From NCBI RefSeq assembly GCF_009914755.1, contig NC_060934.1: 64,000 bases of DNA; one strand, given 5' to 3'. Below are positions 1-14,325 of this stretch, piece by piece. The notes under the pieces are model-generated. The model ran no database searches. It saw only the letters and a list, made by a program, of their open reading frames with translations, and was not told the origin of the DNA. Each line of letters opens with the position of its first letter. The first letter of the stretch is position 1. The stretch is from the human T2T-CHM13v2.0 reference genome, Homo sapiens. Made by a program: the position numbers and the translations under genes.

Positions 1-3000
1 TTCAGTATAAATTGACAGTAACTTTTACATTTTTCATGACATTTTGCCAGTAATACTCACTTTACTTATATAAGCAAAATTATCACGAGTATAATTTCAA
101 CTATGATAATCGGCCAGCCAAGTGAATATTAACTAAGCACTTTCTCCCTCAGCCCCCTCAAATAACTGCCTGCCCCAAAGGAAGCAATTAGCCATAGGAC
201 TTGCCACATGAATTCTTGCCTCATGATATATTTGTTTTTTAGAAAAAAAAAAAACCTTCACATAACAACCTATAAATTCACTCCCTGATGAACATCCTGC
301 AAGTTTTACTAATTGCGTTAAAGGCAATAATTACTGATGATAAAGAATGAGACATTAACTATTCAACGTTAGAGGTCAAGTCCTTGAAACGTGGCATGGA
401 TTCTGCTGAATCCGCCATTTGTTTGTATTTTCCATGATCAGTACACAGCTTATATATGCACCAAGCCTCTTGTAGGTTTTCATTCAGAAAAGTCAATATC
501 CAAGGGCATATTTTAAATTAATCAAACCTGTTTTTGAGAGATAAGCTAAATGAGTTCTTTAAAAGGAGAATGTGAAATGCAAACTTATGTATTCATCGTT
601 ATATTTAGCTTCAAGAAATAACCTTACATAACCCCACAGTGGATTTAAATGATGACTAAAACTCAGCTTCAAACCTTTTAAGAGATTTTCTATAGTCATA
701 GGTGGCATTCAATGTTTCAGTTTGCTTTCTGCACTTATAATTTAAATTATGAGAGAGAAATTCAGTCAAGTCAATAAATATTTATTAAGCATCTCATATA
801 CTATGGGCATAGAAAAGGAGCGTGAGATACAGTCTGTCTACCCAGAAAGGAAAGTCTTGCTGAGGAAAAAAGACTTAGATACATGGAAACAGTCATAGAT
901 AAATAAGAATTGTATGGAAATGATATAAGATTCGTGGTTTACAAAGGCTGTGCTATGTCCTACAGTTTATCAGTTACTTGCTGGCCTCTGCTCTCCAGTT
1001 ATAGCCTGAAGCCTACTTCTTTCCACTCTAACTGCAGCCCATAGAAGCCTTAGATGGAATACTTTCTCTTTACCAAATGGGAGATTACCGTTATCCCGTA
1101 ATTGGAGAGTAGTTTTCATAAAAGATTATCACATAAGCCTTAAGCAGCCTGTGTGAAAGAAGAGCTTCAGTCAAAACAAGGAAAGTGTCTTGGAGCCATT
1201 TCCATTGGTAGCAAATTACCCTCTGGAAAAACTCTAAAATCTTTAAATATCTGTTGATTTCTTAACAAGTAGGAACTTGAGGATTTCTAGACTGTAGCTC
1301 CCTTGAAGAAAGATAATTTTTATCTTGATTGGCCCAGTGCTCACTTACATAGTACATACTAGACTTTCAATATTCCCTATTTGCTTGATTTTTTTTTTAA
1401 AAAGAATGAATGAATGTGTCTTCTTAACAGTGTTAAAATACAAGACGAATCAGCACAGTACTAGTTTGGATAAAGTATCTTCTGATTCCTCTAAATAAGC
1501 AAAAGCCTGCATTTAAAACAATCTATAAGTTATTTCCAATATTTGCCTTTGACAGCTGGCTACACTCTATATAAGCAAATGGCTAAATACCAGAGCAACA
1601 ATGATAGCAGACTGCTGTGTTCTTTTGGCTTTTTGTGTATAAATGTGGGTATTAAAAATGTTTGAAAATGTAGTAAGGAAAATTATTCCAAATGGTGAAA
1701 ATAAAAATCTAGTGAAAAAAGGTTATTACTTCCAACCTTCCCACTGATTTCCAGGTGATAACACTGCTCTTTCATGTCCAGAGTTCCACTCTCTCATCTA
1801 TTGAACTTACAGCTGGCAATCAAATAGATGTCCTCATAATATAAATTGTCAAAATACCACTGATAAATTTCAATATTCTCGCTCTTGAATAATAATAGGA
1901 GTCCCTGATGTGAGAGCTGTGTCCCACAAAATGGAAATGCCTCTTTAGACTCTGAAATGAGACTAACTTCTTGTTTATCAGGTGAAATGAAAAGATTAGT
2001 GGGAGCAGATAGATTCCCAATGCAGTGAGGTGAGTATAGGTAATCCCTCCTTGATGGTACAGTGTAGCAAAAGCTAATGTTTCTGTTGCTCCTTCTCAGC
2101 AGCAAGCATGAGCTCTCCTTGCATAATTAGAATGGCCCTTACAAGTAAACCCCAGTCAGCTCCACTGTGGATGATCCAGTACTACAGGCAAAAATGACAA
2201 GCAGTCGCCCACCTGGAAGCCTGGACATTCTGAAAGAGTGTCATTACAGGAATCATTTTTGCAGAGGTTGCTATGGTTTCTGGGCTGCACTTTCTCCTCT
2301 CTCTATAGTTGGATGATTTTAGTTAATCAATGGCAAGTCACAGTGTAATCATTTTCTCTTCAGAGAACACAAGGAAAAAGAACAAGCCTGGAGTCTCTTG
2401 CACAATGTCACTGCTGACAGTTATTTTTTGGCTACAAAAGAAAGACATATTCTTATTCTAAATGTGAGCAGAAAAGGAAAGTTGAGAGAAAATTGAAATT
2501 GCTTTCCAATCCAGGCTAGTCTTTTGAGAACTATTAGAAAGACTGTTTACCCAAGTGATCTCCCTAGAATTTTTTTTTTTTATTAGGATATTCATCCAAG
2601 AAGGATGTGAGGGAAAAATGGTTCCTGCCCACAAAGAGTCTCGGAATTTTCTTATTACCTCTGGAAGTTGTCTGGGCATTGAGAAATCATAATGAGGGAC
2701 TAATATTGCTTTACCTAAAGTTAATCACTGCTTCAGGTTTCTGCAAAGTTTGTTTACTGGGTTTATTAAGAGAAAAAGCCACTACTCCATATATTGTCCA
2801 GCACAAATGAAATACGGGAAACAATGCTATTAAGGAAAGCAAAGACATAGAGAATCCTTACAAGCAGGACCACAAAAGAAGCTCAAGAGATCACTCAGAG
2901 AGCTCGATATGCAAGAATTGACACCAAGAGGAAAGGCAAGTCTTGTGTCTTGAGGAACTTTGCCTTTGTATATAGAAATTATGAGCCTATGAGTGATTTA

Positions 3001-4769
3001 GCAAATCTCAGGTAACATAGAAACATAAAATTCAGTCAATTTCCTTCTGAAATTTTGTGAGCAGCAGTGAAGGCCAGAGTTCAAGGGCCCTTAGACAAGT
3101 CACATCATTTTCAGCTGTTTTGATGTAAAAGCAGGTGTTTAATTCATTCTATATGATTTTAGTTTATATTTTAAAACAGGATCAGCTATGTACAGCTCTC
3201 TATTAAAGGGCTGTGTTTTCTGCCCACAGAAGATAAATTCAGAGCCTTAGCATACACCATCAGATATATCAGAACAATCATGGTTATATAATACACATAT
3301 AAGAGAATAAGTTTCAAAAGAATGTGGGTTTAAGGTAAATGTTACTTTTTCCTTAATTTCTTTTAATTTAATATAAATTATCAATAATTGAGAAACTGAG
3401 ATTTTTCACAAATGCCCAAAATGTTTTATTGATAATATTGTCTTGTTTATTTCTGGTATTATCAGACCCCAATTATGCTATTTACTTCTTGATGCATTTT
3501 ATGTACAATGAATGCACACAATAATTTTGATATTCAAATTTTCTAGATATTACTCTACCAGAATATCATGTTGGAGATGAGGGAGAAAAGTTCAACATGA
3601 GTTATATGCCTGTGCTGATTGAGTGGTAATTTTCATCATTGACTATCTGAGAATTAAATTTCGTTGGATTTTACAATTCTGCCTTTTAATTTTGCTACTT
3701 TTGGTTTGTAATGTTTCCTGTGACTACACGTTATGGAGAGTGATTATATACCTGATTAGTCAGCCATGCTAGTTTGGGAATGGTTCACAAACTGTCTCCC
3801 AACTTACCTATATTAGCATTAAAATGGTTATTTTTTTAATGATAAATTATAAAGTTCCTATTGGCAAACAAAAGCTCTTCTGAAATGAATTACATACATT
3901 AAATTTAAAAGAGTTGATTGATATCTACATGGTAGAATACTCAGTCCTAACCTTGGCATATGGCATATGTGTATACATGTTAGTTTCCTTCCTATGAATT
4001 TTATTACAAAAAAATGGGGCTCCATGACACTTTATCTGAATTGGATTTTTTTTTAAAGATCTAGAGCCATGTCTCCATTACTTCATCCTCAGATGACCTT
4101 GTATTGTAGAGTCTTACGAGAGACTAAGCGAGATAACACGTATAAAAGACCCTGCAGTCCTGGTATCTATTCCAGGCCTAACAAAAGACAGATATTGTTA
4201 CTTCAGGAAAGTACGTTAATCTGTTAGGAATAGAGGCTGCCCTTGGCTTTAGTTGTTACTATTACATTCATAAGGCTACCATGCTGTTATTTTTAGATTT
4301 GGCATTATGGTGTGTATCCCTGACTTATTCAAGAAAATATGATTTCCTCCCCCTCGGCCCATCACGCCAGCTGAGAACTCCTCAGGCTTTGCAGAACATG
4401 TGCTTCTCATCGCAGTGGCTCATGCCCTTTGAGTGCTAAGATCACACAACTCTTCCAATCAAGATTTCCCTTGAGAGCGTGTAGAGTCTCTTAACAGCAC
4501 ACACAACCTATTCATTTTGAGATCTGCAGTCTTTTTAGCACTTTTGATGAAATCACATAGAATGCACCATAAGTTCAGGTTTATTTGTGAAATATAAATT
4601 GAAGGATTTTCTGCTGTGATAAAGGCCAGTTGGTACATGTTCCTGTCAAGTGCGTACACCTGAAAGTGACCTTTCCCAACGAAACACAGGATGGTGAAAA
4701 TGGTTTGCTCTTCTGCTTGGGACAGTTTTTGCAATGTTTTTGAGACTATTTTCATTAATTTTTAAACAT

Positions 4770-5170
4770 TTTTATTGACACCTAATTTTTGTGCATATTT
4801 ATGGGGCACATGTGATATTTGGATATATGCATAGAAAGTGTAATGATCAAATCAAGGTATTTAGGTGGTATTATGATATCCATCACCCAGAACATTTATT
4901 ATTCCTTTTTGTCAGGGATATTTCAAATCTTCTTTTCTAGGTTTTTTGAAATTCACAATATGCCATTGTTAGCTATAGTCATCCTACTGTGCAATCAAAC
5001 ACTAGAACTTACTCCTTCTATCTAACTGTATGTTTGTACCCATTAATCAACCTAACCAACCTCTCTTCATGCTCATCACATTTCCAGCATCAGGCGACTA
5101 TCCTTCTGTTCTCTATCTCCATGAGATCAACTTTCTTAGCTCCCACATACAAGTGAGGACATGTGACATT
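4770..5170 (-). mobile_element. L1MA-type LINE-1 3' UTR fragment
   Basis: T-rich start followed by 'gtgcatatttatggggcacatgtgatatt...tagctcccacatacaagtgaggacatgtga', the antisense 3' end of older L1MA elements. Confidence 0.8.
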
Positions 5171-5266
5171 TTCGCTACTTTTATTGTTTTTGTCTATTTA
5201 AGCACCTATGATAGAATATTTGGAAAATGGTTAAAAAGTAAAAAATAAACATTAAAAATTATCTAC

Positions 5267-5371
5267 GAGCTGGGCATAGTGATGCACACTGTAGTTCCAA
5301 GTGCTCAGGATGTTCCTGGACTTGATCTCAGGAGTTCAAGACCAGCCTGAGCAAGACACCACCTCTAAAAA
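5267..5371 (+). mobile_element. Alu monomer (FLAM-like)
   Basis: 'gctgggcatagtgatgcacactgtagt...caggagttcaagaccagcctg', flanked by TSD-like 'aattatctac'. Confidence 0.8.
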
Positions 5372-5399
5372 TAATTATCTACTATCACATCACTCAGAA

Positions 5400-6530
5400 A
5401 TCACTACTGCTAACACAAGGTGTATTTTCTTTAAAATTTTATCCACACATACACAAACACAATGAACAATTACTATATACATGATTGCTATCCACTTTTC
5501 TCCTTAATAGTGTAAGCATTTACTCAAGTTATTAATCTTTTTCTAAGATATTTTTAATGGCTGTATAATATTCCAAAGTTTTGTTGTGCCATAATTTAAT
5601 GATTATCCATTTTTAAAAATTTTTAATTCTCAGGTTCTTACTTACTGTAAACAAATGCTTTTAGTGAGCATCCTTGTTAATAAATATCTGGTCACATCCC
5701 TAATTCATTCCTTAATAAAAATTATAAGAAATGGTATTAAAGTATCAAAACAAAGAATATTGTGGAGACTCTTGTTATAGTCATGTGTATGATCTTGCTT
5801 TATTCATTTATGGGGATGTTATGATAATTTCCACTCCCACCAACAGTTTATGAGTGCTCCCTCACCCCATCTTCACTAGCAATGAATAGCATCATGTTAA
5901 CATTTTTACTGTTTGACTTTTTAAAAATGATTTCTAACTGGCACTTCAATATTCATTTCCTGTATTATTGGCACAGCTGAATAGTCCTTGTAACATTATT
6001 TATTATTTGCACATCTTTCCCCTTTGTGAATTGTCTGGTCATAACTGTTCATTTTTTGCCATCTGATTGTGTTGTCCTTACCCTAAGGCACTTTCTAGTA
6101 AGAATATTATTCTTTGGCTGGTCATAGTTATTGCAATTATTTTATTCTCATTTGACATTTGCCTTTTACTTTTTATGAATGTCTATATACATGATTTTAT
6201 ACCTCATGTTATTAGTTTTAATATGTTTGTCCTTTGTGACTTCTCTAATTGTTTTATACTTAGAAAGTTTCTCCACACACCAATATCTAAAAGAGTTTGA
6301 GCCTTATGTTATTTATTCTATATTTATCTCTTAAATACATCTGGATCTTTTTAGTGTAAGATGAGCAAAGAGTATCTAATCTAAAGTATGACCAAACAGC
6401 TTACTCAACAGCATTTATTGACTATTCCTTTTGTTATTCATTGATTTATGGTATCACCTTTATCACACACTTTTTTTATATTCTGAGATTTATTTCTGGG
6501 CTAATGTTGATTTGTCTACTTATTTATTCA
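5400..6530 (-). mobile_element. Highly diverged L1ME-like LINE-1 fragment
   Basis: T-rich antisense L1 phrases such as 'ttttaatggctgtataatattcc' and 'ttccactcccaccaacagtttatgagtg'; boundaries approximate. Confidence 0.6.
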
Positions 6531-6977
6531 TTCACTTTTTCATTTAACAGAGGTATAGGAATGATAAAAATAATAGTTCAACATATTTACATACAGCACG
6601 AAAGCAATGACTAAATGGAAATATATACTGATTTTCACAAATACAGTGACTAGCATGAATACAATTTTAATTTCATCAGGAAATCTTTCATGAAATTTGG
6701 TAAACTCAATCACTCTTATTTGAAGAGAGACAAGAAACAAAATAGGAGAGGGGTTTTATTCTTCTGATTGACCATATACCAAGTAGTTAAAAATCAGCCA
6801 GTTCCTTAGAAAACGTTTAGATATTATTATAATACCATGTTTGTGAACATACCCTCCCTTTTATATAATACCATTCGCCATGCAGCAGAAATCATTATGT
6901 GGCTATTTAACTTTGGACTCCTTTCAATAGAATCTGGTTATCTCATTAAAAGCTAGGCCTGAAGGCTTCTGGAGCAT

Positions 6978-7031
6978 GTGTGTGTGTGTGTCTGTGTGTG
7001 TGTGTGTGTGTGTCTGTGTGTGTGTGTGTGT
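6978..7031. repeat. Interrupted (TG)n microsatellite
   Basis: About 54 bp of alternating TG with two TC interruptions. Confidence 0.95.
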
Positions 7032-10000
7032 AATAATGTCTTTTATAAATGAAAACTCTATACATATATGAAAATAATGTCACTAGTGTTCTTAACTTAT
7101 GCCAAGATTCATAGAAGAGAGATGATTAAAGATCACTTTGTTTTATTTCCTTTAATTTTCTATTTTAGCTGTTTTTCTTTTTCCATCAAAGCTCTTCTGG
7201 CTAACAAACATCCAGTGTGTCAATATCAGTGAGAACTATTATTTGACTTATGTGAGCAGTGTAAACGAGTAATAGATTAAAACTGATTCTGTCAATAAGC
7301 AGCTTGAAATTTTTAAAGATCATATGAAACCAAAGGGAATGCCCTCAAAGAAAGAGTAGCCCTTCATGGTAGCTCGTCGGCTGTGACTTACCCATGAATG
7401 CACAAAGGGAACCTGTTCACACACGAATCTGGGACTCTGACTTCCCCACAGACATACCATGTCAACTAGCCAAAGGGCTTGCGAAAATTGTTTACGCCCT
7501 CATTTCAGATGGAAAAGTACATACATCTGGCACTATTATGCTTGACTGGTGCTAGCTTTTGGCATATGAACAGCTGAGGGATAAATCTGGGGACATTATT
7601 AACCAAGACCAAAATATGCCACTCTCTTTCATTAGTTTAAACTAACAGCTCCCATTTTTCTAAACTGTAGTTGTTCTAGTACTGTACTATGCCCATTTCA
7701 GTGTCAGTCACCAGTAAGTGTATAACCAAACAACTCATAAATCAGGGATTTGTAATATGTATGCATCTATTTTTTAGCAAACTGAAAATATTAACTCAGG
7801 AATTTTAATAGATGCTTTAAAAGACATAGAAGGACATTTGGATTTGAGAGTCAAGCCATTTTTGCGCAGTCATTTGTGACGATGCAGAATAAATAAAAAC
7901 CCTCTAAGAAACATTTTGAAGGTCTTCCATAGCGGATACCATCCTACATGCTGGGAGATATAAACAAGTACAAAGTATAACCTAAGCCTCCAAAGATCAT
8001 ACCATCCAGAAAAGTAAATTGTCTATGCAATGAAGACTCGCACTAGGGTTAAACCAGAAGGAATGAAGAGAACACAATCAATGCAAGAAATATTCCTATA
8101 GGAAGAGTCTGGAAGACTTGGGGACTCCTTGGAATAATAAGAATGTAAGCATAATATAATGAATATGTAATGGGTGGCTGGGGATTTAACATCATTAACA
8201 GAACAAGAACTAAATAGAATCAAGTTTAACTTTGGGTGGAAAGTATGATGTGTGTGCTTTGAACTTTAAATAGTTTAACTCCACTGTCCCCCAAGTGAAA
8301 TATCTGATACTGTTGGAGGGGAAAAGGGACTTTTTAATGATGGCTTATTATAGTAAAGATTGATAAAAAGAGTGACAGATTCTTAGCTCTTCGGTCACCC
8401 AGCTAATGTGAAAAAGAAAGAGGCTGTTTCCCTCATCCCTCAGCCCAGAGCAGAAGGTACAGGAGTCGGAGGAGGCATTAGCTACTATACCTACAAGGAG
8501 AGAGTCATTTTAGACTGAATTTTGAACATAAATTTATATAGTCTCAGATTATAGTGATGCACATTACACTGAATATTTGATCAACAAAGTTGGGATTAAA
8601 AGTGTAACTGAGTATAGAACATAGCAAGTATGGGAATGGTTGATGCTAGGATTCCAGATCAATGAAGAAGGAAGTGTGGTTCAAATGCCCAAATCCTGCA
8701 TGATTCATGATACACCTATGAATGAAATCATATGATCATAAAGGCAAACTTTATCCCCCCTTTCATAAAAAACTACACTTTGATTTGTTGTAGATGGCTA
8801 TGTCAGTTACCAACTACAAATTGCTAAAGAACAAGGAATATATCTGATTAAATTTATTTGCAGAGCTCATCCCAGAACTTGTAAACTTCTACTGATAAAT
8901 GAGAAATCACGTGGTAAGTCACTTAATATCATAAAATCCTTCCATTTAAAATAGATATTTAAACAAATGTGGTACCAATAGTATCACAGTCATTGGGACA
9001 ACAGTTTCTAACTAATTCAGAACTTTGTCTACTTATAAATAATCATTGATAGTACAAAATACAGTGGCATAAACTGGGGAGAGGAAAAAGCTAGGGTACT
9101 TAACCGCTATTCACAATTCGTAATTTTGCCTTTAAACTCACCCGATCCATCCTTTTGTATATGTACTGAATTTTGAAGTGTAGAGAAGGGGTCAGAGGTA
9201 TTCCAAAACCTTCACAAGTGGATTTATCCCTCATTCTTAAATTGATCTAGTACCAGGGAAAGATCAATATCAATTCTGATCAAAGTTCATGTTAGGTTTC
9301 TCTTGTTCCCCTTGCCACAACCAGGCAACAGAAGAATGGCCAAAATGTGGGGCCCCTCAAGCTGCAGACTTCAGGCAAATGGCTCTATGGAGATGGATGT
9401 AGCCTTATGTTTCTCCAATAGTATGTATAAGAAGAGGCATTTTTAAAAATTAGGTGGTATATTTCTATCATCACCAGGAATACTAAATTAACTTTTTGAG
9501 GATTTTGGTATGTGTATATGTTCTAAAGTCAAAGAGGAAGATCCTATTTTATACTACCTTTGGCTTAATCTGTGCAAATTATGATCTAAACAAGTAAATT
9601 TATTTTATTATAAATTTATCCATGATTATACTTTTCTCATTAATTCTGTCAAAGAGCCATGAAATGCTGTGTACATTAGAATTTTTTTAATTGTCTGTAG
9701 TCTTCCTCATGGGCCTGTCTCTCATCCGAAAATGTAAAAGTGGTAAAAGAAATATACTTTTTAAATAATGGGCAGTAGCGACTCTCTAGTCACTCTAAAT
9801 GAAGCTGATAAGCTACTCAAATTAAATAACCAGCCCTGCTTATGCACTTAGCTCAGCAAATATGCTCAAATGTTGGCCACACATATGTTATCACTTTTGA
9901 GCTAATTACGTTTCCAGCAGCTTTAAGTCTCTTAAATCCAACAGATGAGGAAAGAAGAATATGAAGGAAGCTGCAGAAAGTGAATCACCCCAATAGTGGT

Positions 10001-10043
10001 AACAAGATACTGGGTATATCTTTGGTTAGAAAAGCACTTCCAC

Positions 10044-10392
<349 letters not shown>

Positions 10393-11464
10393 AGAAAAGC
10401 ACTTCCCTCTAAAATAGGCTGGTAAAACATTCACAGTCCATTCAACAATCATTTGGGTAGTAACCAGCATTTCTTCATCATTGTCCCTTCTTCCCACTCT
10501 CTCACTCCAAGTGGGGCTAGAATTTTGCTCCCCTAAATTTTAAATGCTTCTTCAAAAGCTACTGCACAGGAGGAATACTTCTAAAAAATTTAAGAAGTGT
10601 CTCTGACATTTTCCAAATTTTACAATTTTTGTTAACAGTATGCAACTAAATCCATGGCCCAATTACTGGAAATTCTGTCTTCAGAGAGTCTCAATAATAT
10701 TTCTCCGGATGAAGATGTACGAGTTTGGAATGTATTTTTCTCTGGAAAAAGTCTATGAAAACTAATAAAGAGAGCATTAGTAATAGCAGTAGTCATAGTA
10801 AATCTCCACTGAAAGCTCACTATGGACAATCACTATTGAGAACACTTTATATATGACCTCATTGGATGCTCATAGCAACCCCGTGAAATGCTTTTTTTTT
10901 GTAATCTATTTATGCTTCATGTTACTCAGCTCATCTATTTTTGGATATTAGCTCATAGTAAAAACATTTTATTTTATTTTATTTTATGTACAACTATAGA
11001 GAAACCACTGCACAGATAGCTCCAACTTAAATTAGAAAATATTTTCTCTGTACAAAATAGTAAAAATGATAACATTTCCCAGGCTAGCCCAACAAGTTCA
11101 TTTAAACCAAATAGTAGATGAATACATGATATATTTATAAATACAATTTGAATTCTGGGATCCAGGAGAAATTTTAGTTTCATTTATTGAAACAGCCACC
11201 TTTTTCTCTAAGTTACGTGAAGTGAAATTCCTATTAATCGGCTCATGTTTAATTATAACATCCTTTATCTCTTCTGTACTTTATATTGAACTGCTATACT
11301 TTGTTTAATATTTAGTGTGATATATGTAAATGTCTTCTGATAGTCAAATTTCTGAAATTCTCTGTCATTTACATACATTCTAGCTAAACATTGATCAAGT
11401 CTTTTACATAACCGTAAAAGTGAAGAAACGAGGGAAATACTGAATTTTTAAAAAACTGTGAGCA

Positions 11465-12420
11465 GTGGGAGAAAATTTTTGCAATCTATCCACTGACAAA
11501 GGGCTAATGTCTAGAATCTACAAAGAACTTAAACAAATTTACAAGAAAAAACAACCCCATCAAAAAGTGGGCGATGGATAGGAACAGAAGCTTCTCCAAA
11601 GAAGACATTTATGCGGCCAACAAACAGATGAAAAAAAGCTCATCATCACTGGTCATTAGAGAAATGCAAATCAAAACCACAATGAGATACCATCTCACAC
11701 CAGTTAGAATGGCAATCGTTAAAAAGTCAGGAAACAACATGCTGGAGAGGGTGTGGAGAAATAGGAACGCTTTTACACTCTTGGTTGGAGTGTAAATTAG
11801 TTCAACCATTGTGGAAGACAGTGTGGTGATTCCTCAAGGATCTAGAACCAGAAATACCATTTGACCCAGCAATCCCATTGCTGGGTATATACCCAAAGGA
11901 TTATAAATCATTCTACTATAAAGATCACGCACACATATGTTTATTGCGGCACTGTTCACAATAGCAAAGACTTGAAACCAACTTAAATGCCCATCAGTGA
12001 TAGACTGGATAAAGAAAATGTGGCACATATATACCATGGAATACTATGCAGCCATAAAAAAGGATGAGTTCATGTCCTTTGCAGGGACATGGATGAAGCT
12101 GGAAACTATCATTCTCAGCTAACTAACACAGGAACAGAAAACCAAACACCGCATGTTCTCACTCATAAGTGGGAATTGAACAATGAGAACACATGGACAC
12201 AGGGAGGGGAACATCACACAACCACACACCAGGCCCTGTCAGGGGGTGGCGGGCTAGGGGAGGGATAGCATTAGGAGAAATGCCTAATGTAGTGATGGGT
12301 GATGGGTGCAGCAAACCACCATGGCATGTGTATACCTATGTAACAAACCTGCACATTCTGCACATGTATCCCAGAACTTAAAGTACAATAAAAAATTATA
12401 CAAATAAGAAACAAACACAC
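11465..12420 (+). mobile_element. 5'-truncated L1PA (L1PA7/8-like): ORF2 C-terminus and 3' UTR
   Basis: ORF 11574-11795 resembles the L1 ORF2p C-terminus ([31 protein letters not shown]); G-rich 3' UTR; TSD 'aaaaaactgt(g/t)agca'. Confidence 0.95.
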
Positions 12421-12834
12421 AAAAAACTGTTAGCAAGATTACATCCGCTTTTACAAGTTTTAAATGGATAAGTAGCTATCTGTGCCTTTTATGATCATAG
12501 GCGCCTCGCAATGAATGTTTTAAAAACTCATTTGTGAAATGTATTTTGTTTCTATTTCTTTTGGGCACTTTAAAGACCCTTCATACCTCTCGTCTAGTCC
12601 ATCAAGCTGTATGCTTCAAGACAGGAATATTTAAAAGCTGCATTCTTTCAGCATTATATCTTCCAAGTTGAGAGATTAAGCTCAATTGACATCTTTAGGT
12701 CTGCTGACCTCCTATAGTAATAATGTAAAGATTAAGTAGCAAAGTTTAGAATTTGGCCTTTTCACCAAAAACTGCTTGGAATTCAGACGCTCAAATTTTA
12801 TTCCCCTTGCCTCCCTTTAAATATTGAAAAGCAA

Positions 12835-12977
12835 GGAATGGTACCAGCTCCTCTTTGTACCATTGTACCATGTAAATGACGAGTTAATGGGTGCAGCAAA
12901 CCAACATGGTACATGTACACCTATGTAGCAAACCTGCACGTTGTGCACATGTACCCTAGAACTTAAAGTATAATAAA
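12835..12977 (+). mobile_element. Miniature 5'-inverted L1PA insertion
   Basis: 16-bp TSD 'aaatattgaaaagcaa' (12819 and 12978) enclosing 27 bp of antisense ORF2 plus about 110 bp of the L1 3' end. Confidence 0.9.
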
Positions 12978-13931
12978 AAATATTGAAAAGCAATATGAAT
13001 TCATTTAAATCAGATAAAATATGTCTTTGGGAAATGAAAAATGCTCCCTGGAGGCTGTTCCCTCCTTCTAGAATGTGTACAATAGTATCCTGGGAGATCC
13101 TTATTCCTAAAATTCACTGGGCACCATTATAGGATTTCCCAAGTAATACATAAATTGTGCTAATTTGTATGCCATTATTGGAGAGATGAAGACAAAGGAA
13201 CACATGTTTAATGGAAATAGGGCCCCAACAATTAAAGCATTTCGAGGTTAACAGCTGCTCCTATGTAGCTGACTAGCTGTGGACATTTACATACTGGCGG
13301 GTTTTGGGAAAATGAGACTGGCTGCTGGCCAGCAGACTGGGCTCAGGGGCATGGACTCCGAGGGGTTGAGCTTATTCTTACAGCTCCCCTGAGTATCAGC
13401 CTACAGTTGCAAAGAACAAACGGGAGTTCTGGACCCCACAGTCAGATGACAACCCCCTTTCCCCTCCTGACCCATCAAAAGCTCTGGATACCCGCAAAGC
13501 GGTAAAATCACCTTGGGGTTGGGTCAGTTTTCTGCCCTAAGCCACAAGGAATTGATTTGGAAACACCACACAATAAGCAATAGAGATATGACGAATGTCC
13601 AGATTAGTTGTTTGATTCTAGTTCGCTTCCATTAAGAAACATTTGATGTTGAAGAAGAGAGTAAAATAATAAAATAGCAACAGCAGAAACAACAATAAAA
13701 ACAGAAATACACCATATTTTAGTTTTTAGTTCTTCAACATTACACTGTGAGAAAAAAAAGTCTATCTCATAAGTCATTGACATGAAGTTAATACAGCCTA
13801 AATAGTTACCTAAAAATATCTGGAATAAGTTAAATATAGAAATAAATACATATCTTAAATTTATTTACATACTGTGAATGAAGCTCCTTCCTCTCTAGAA
13901 TCAAGACCAAGCTAAGCGAAGCTATTTTTAA

Positions 13932-14325
<394 letters not shown>

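Noticed and set aside
7382-7420. Minus-strand donor TGG|GTAAGT suggesting an exon
   Set aside because: No convincing partner acceptor nearby; isolated donor words are common.
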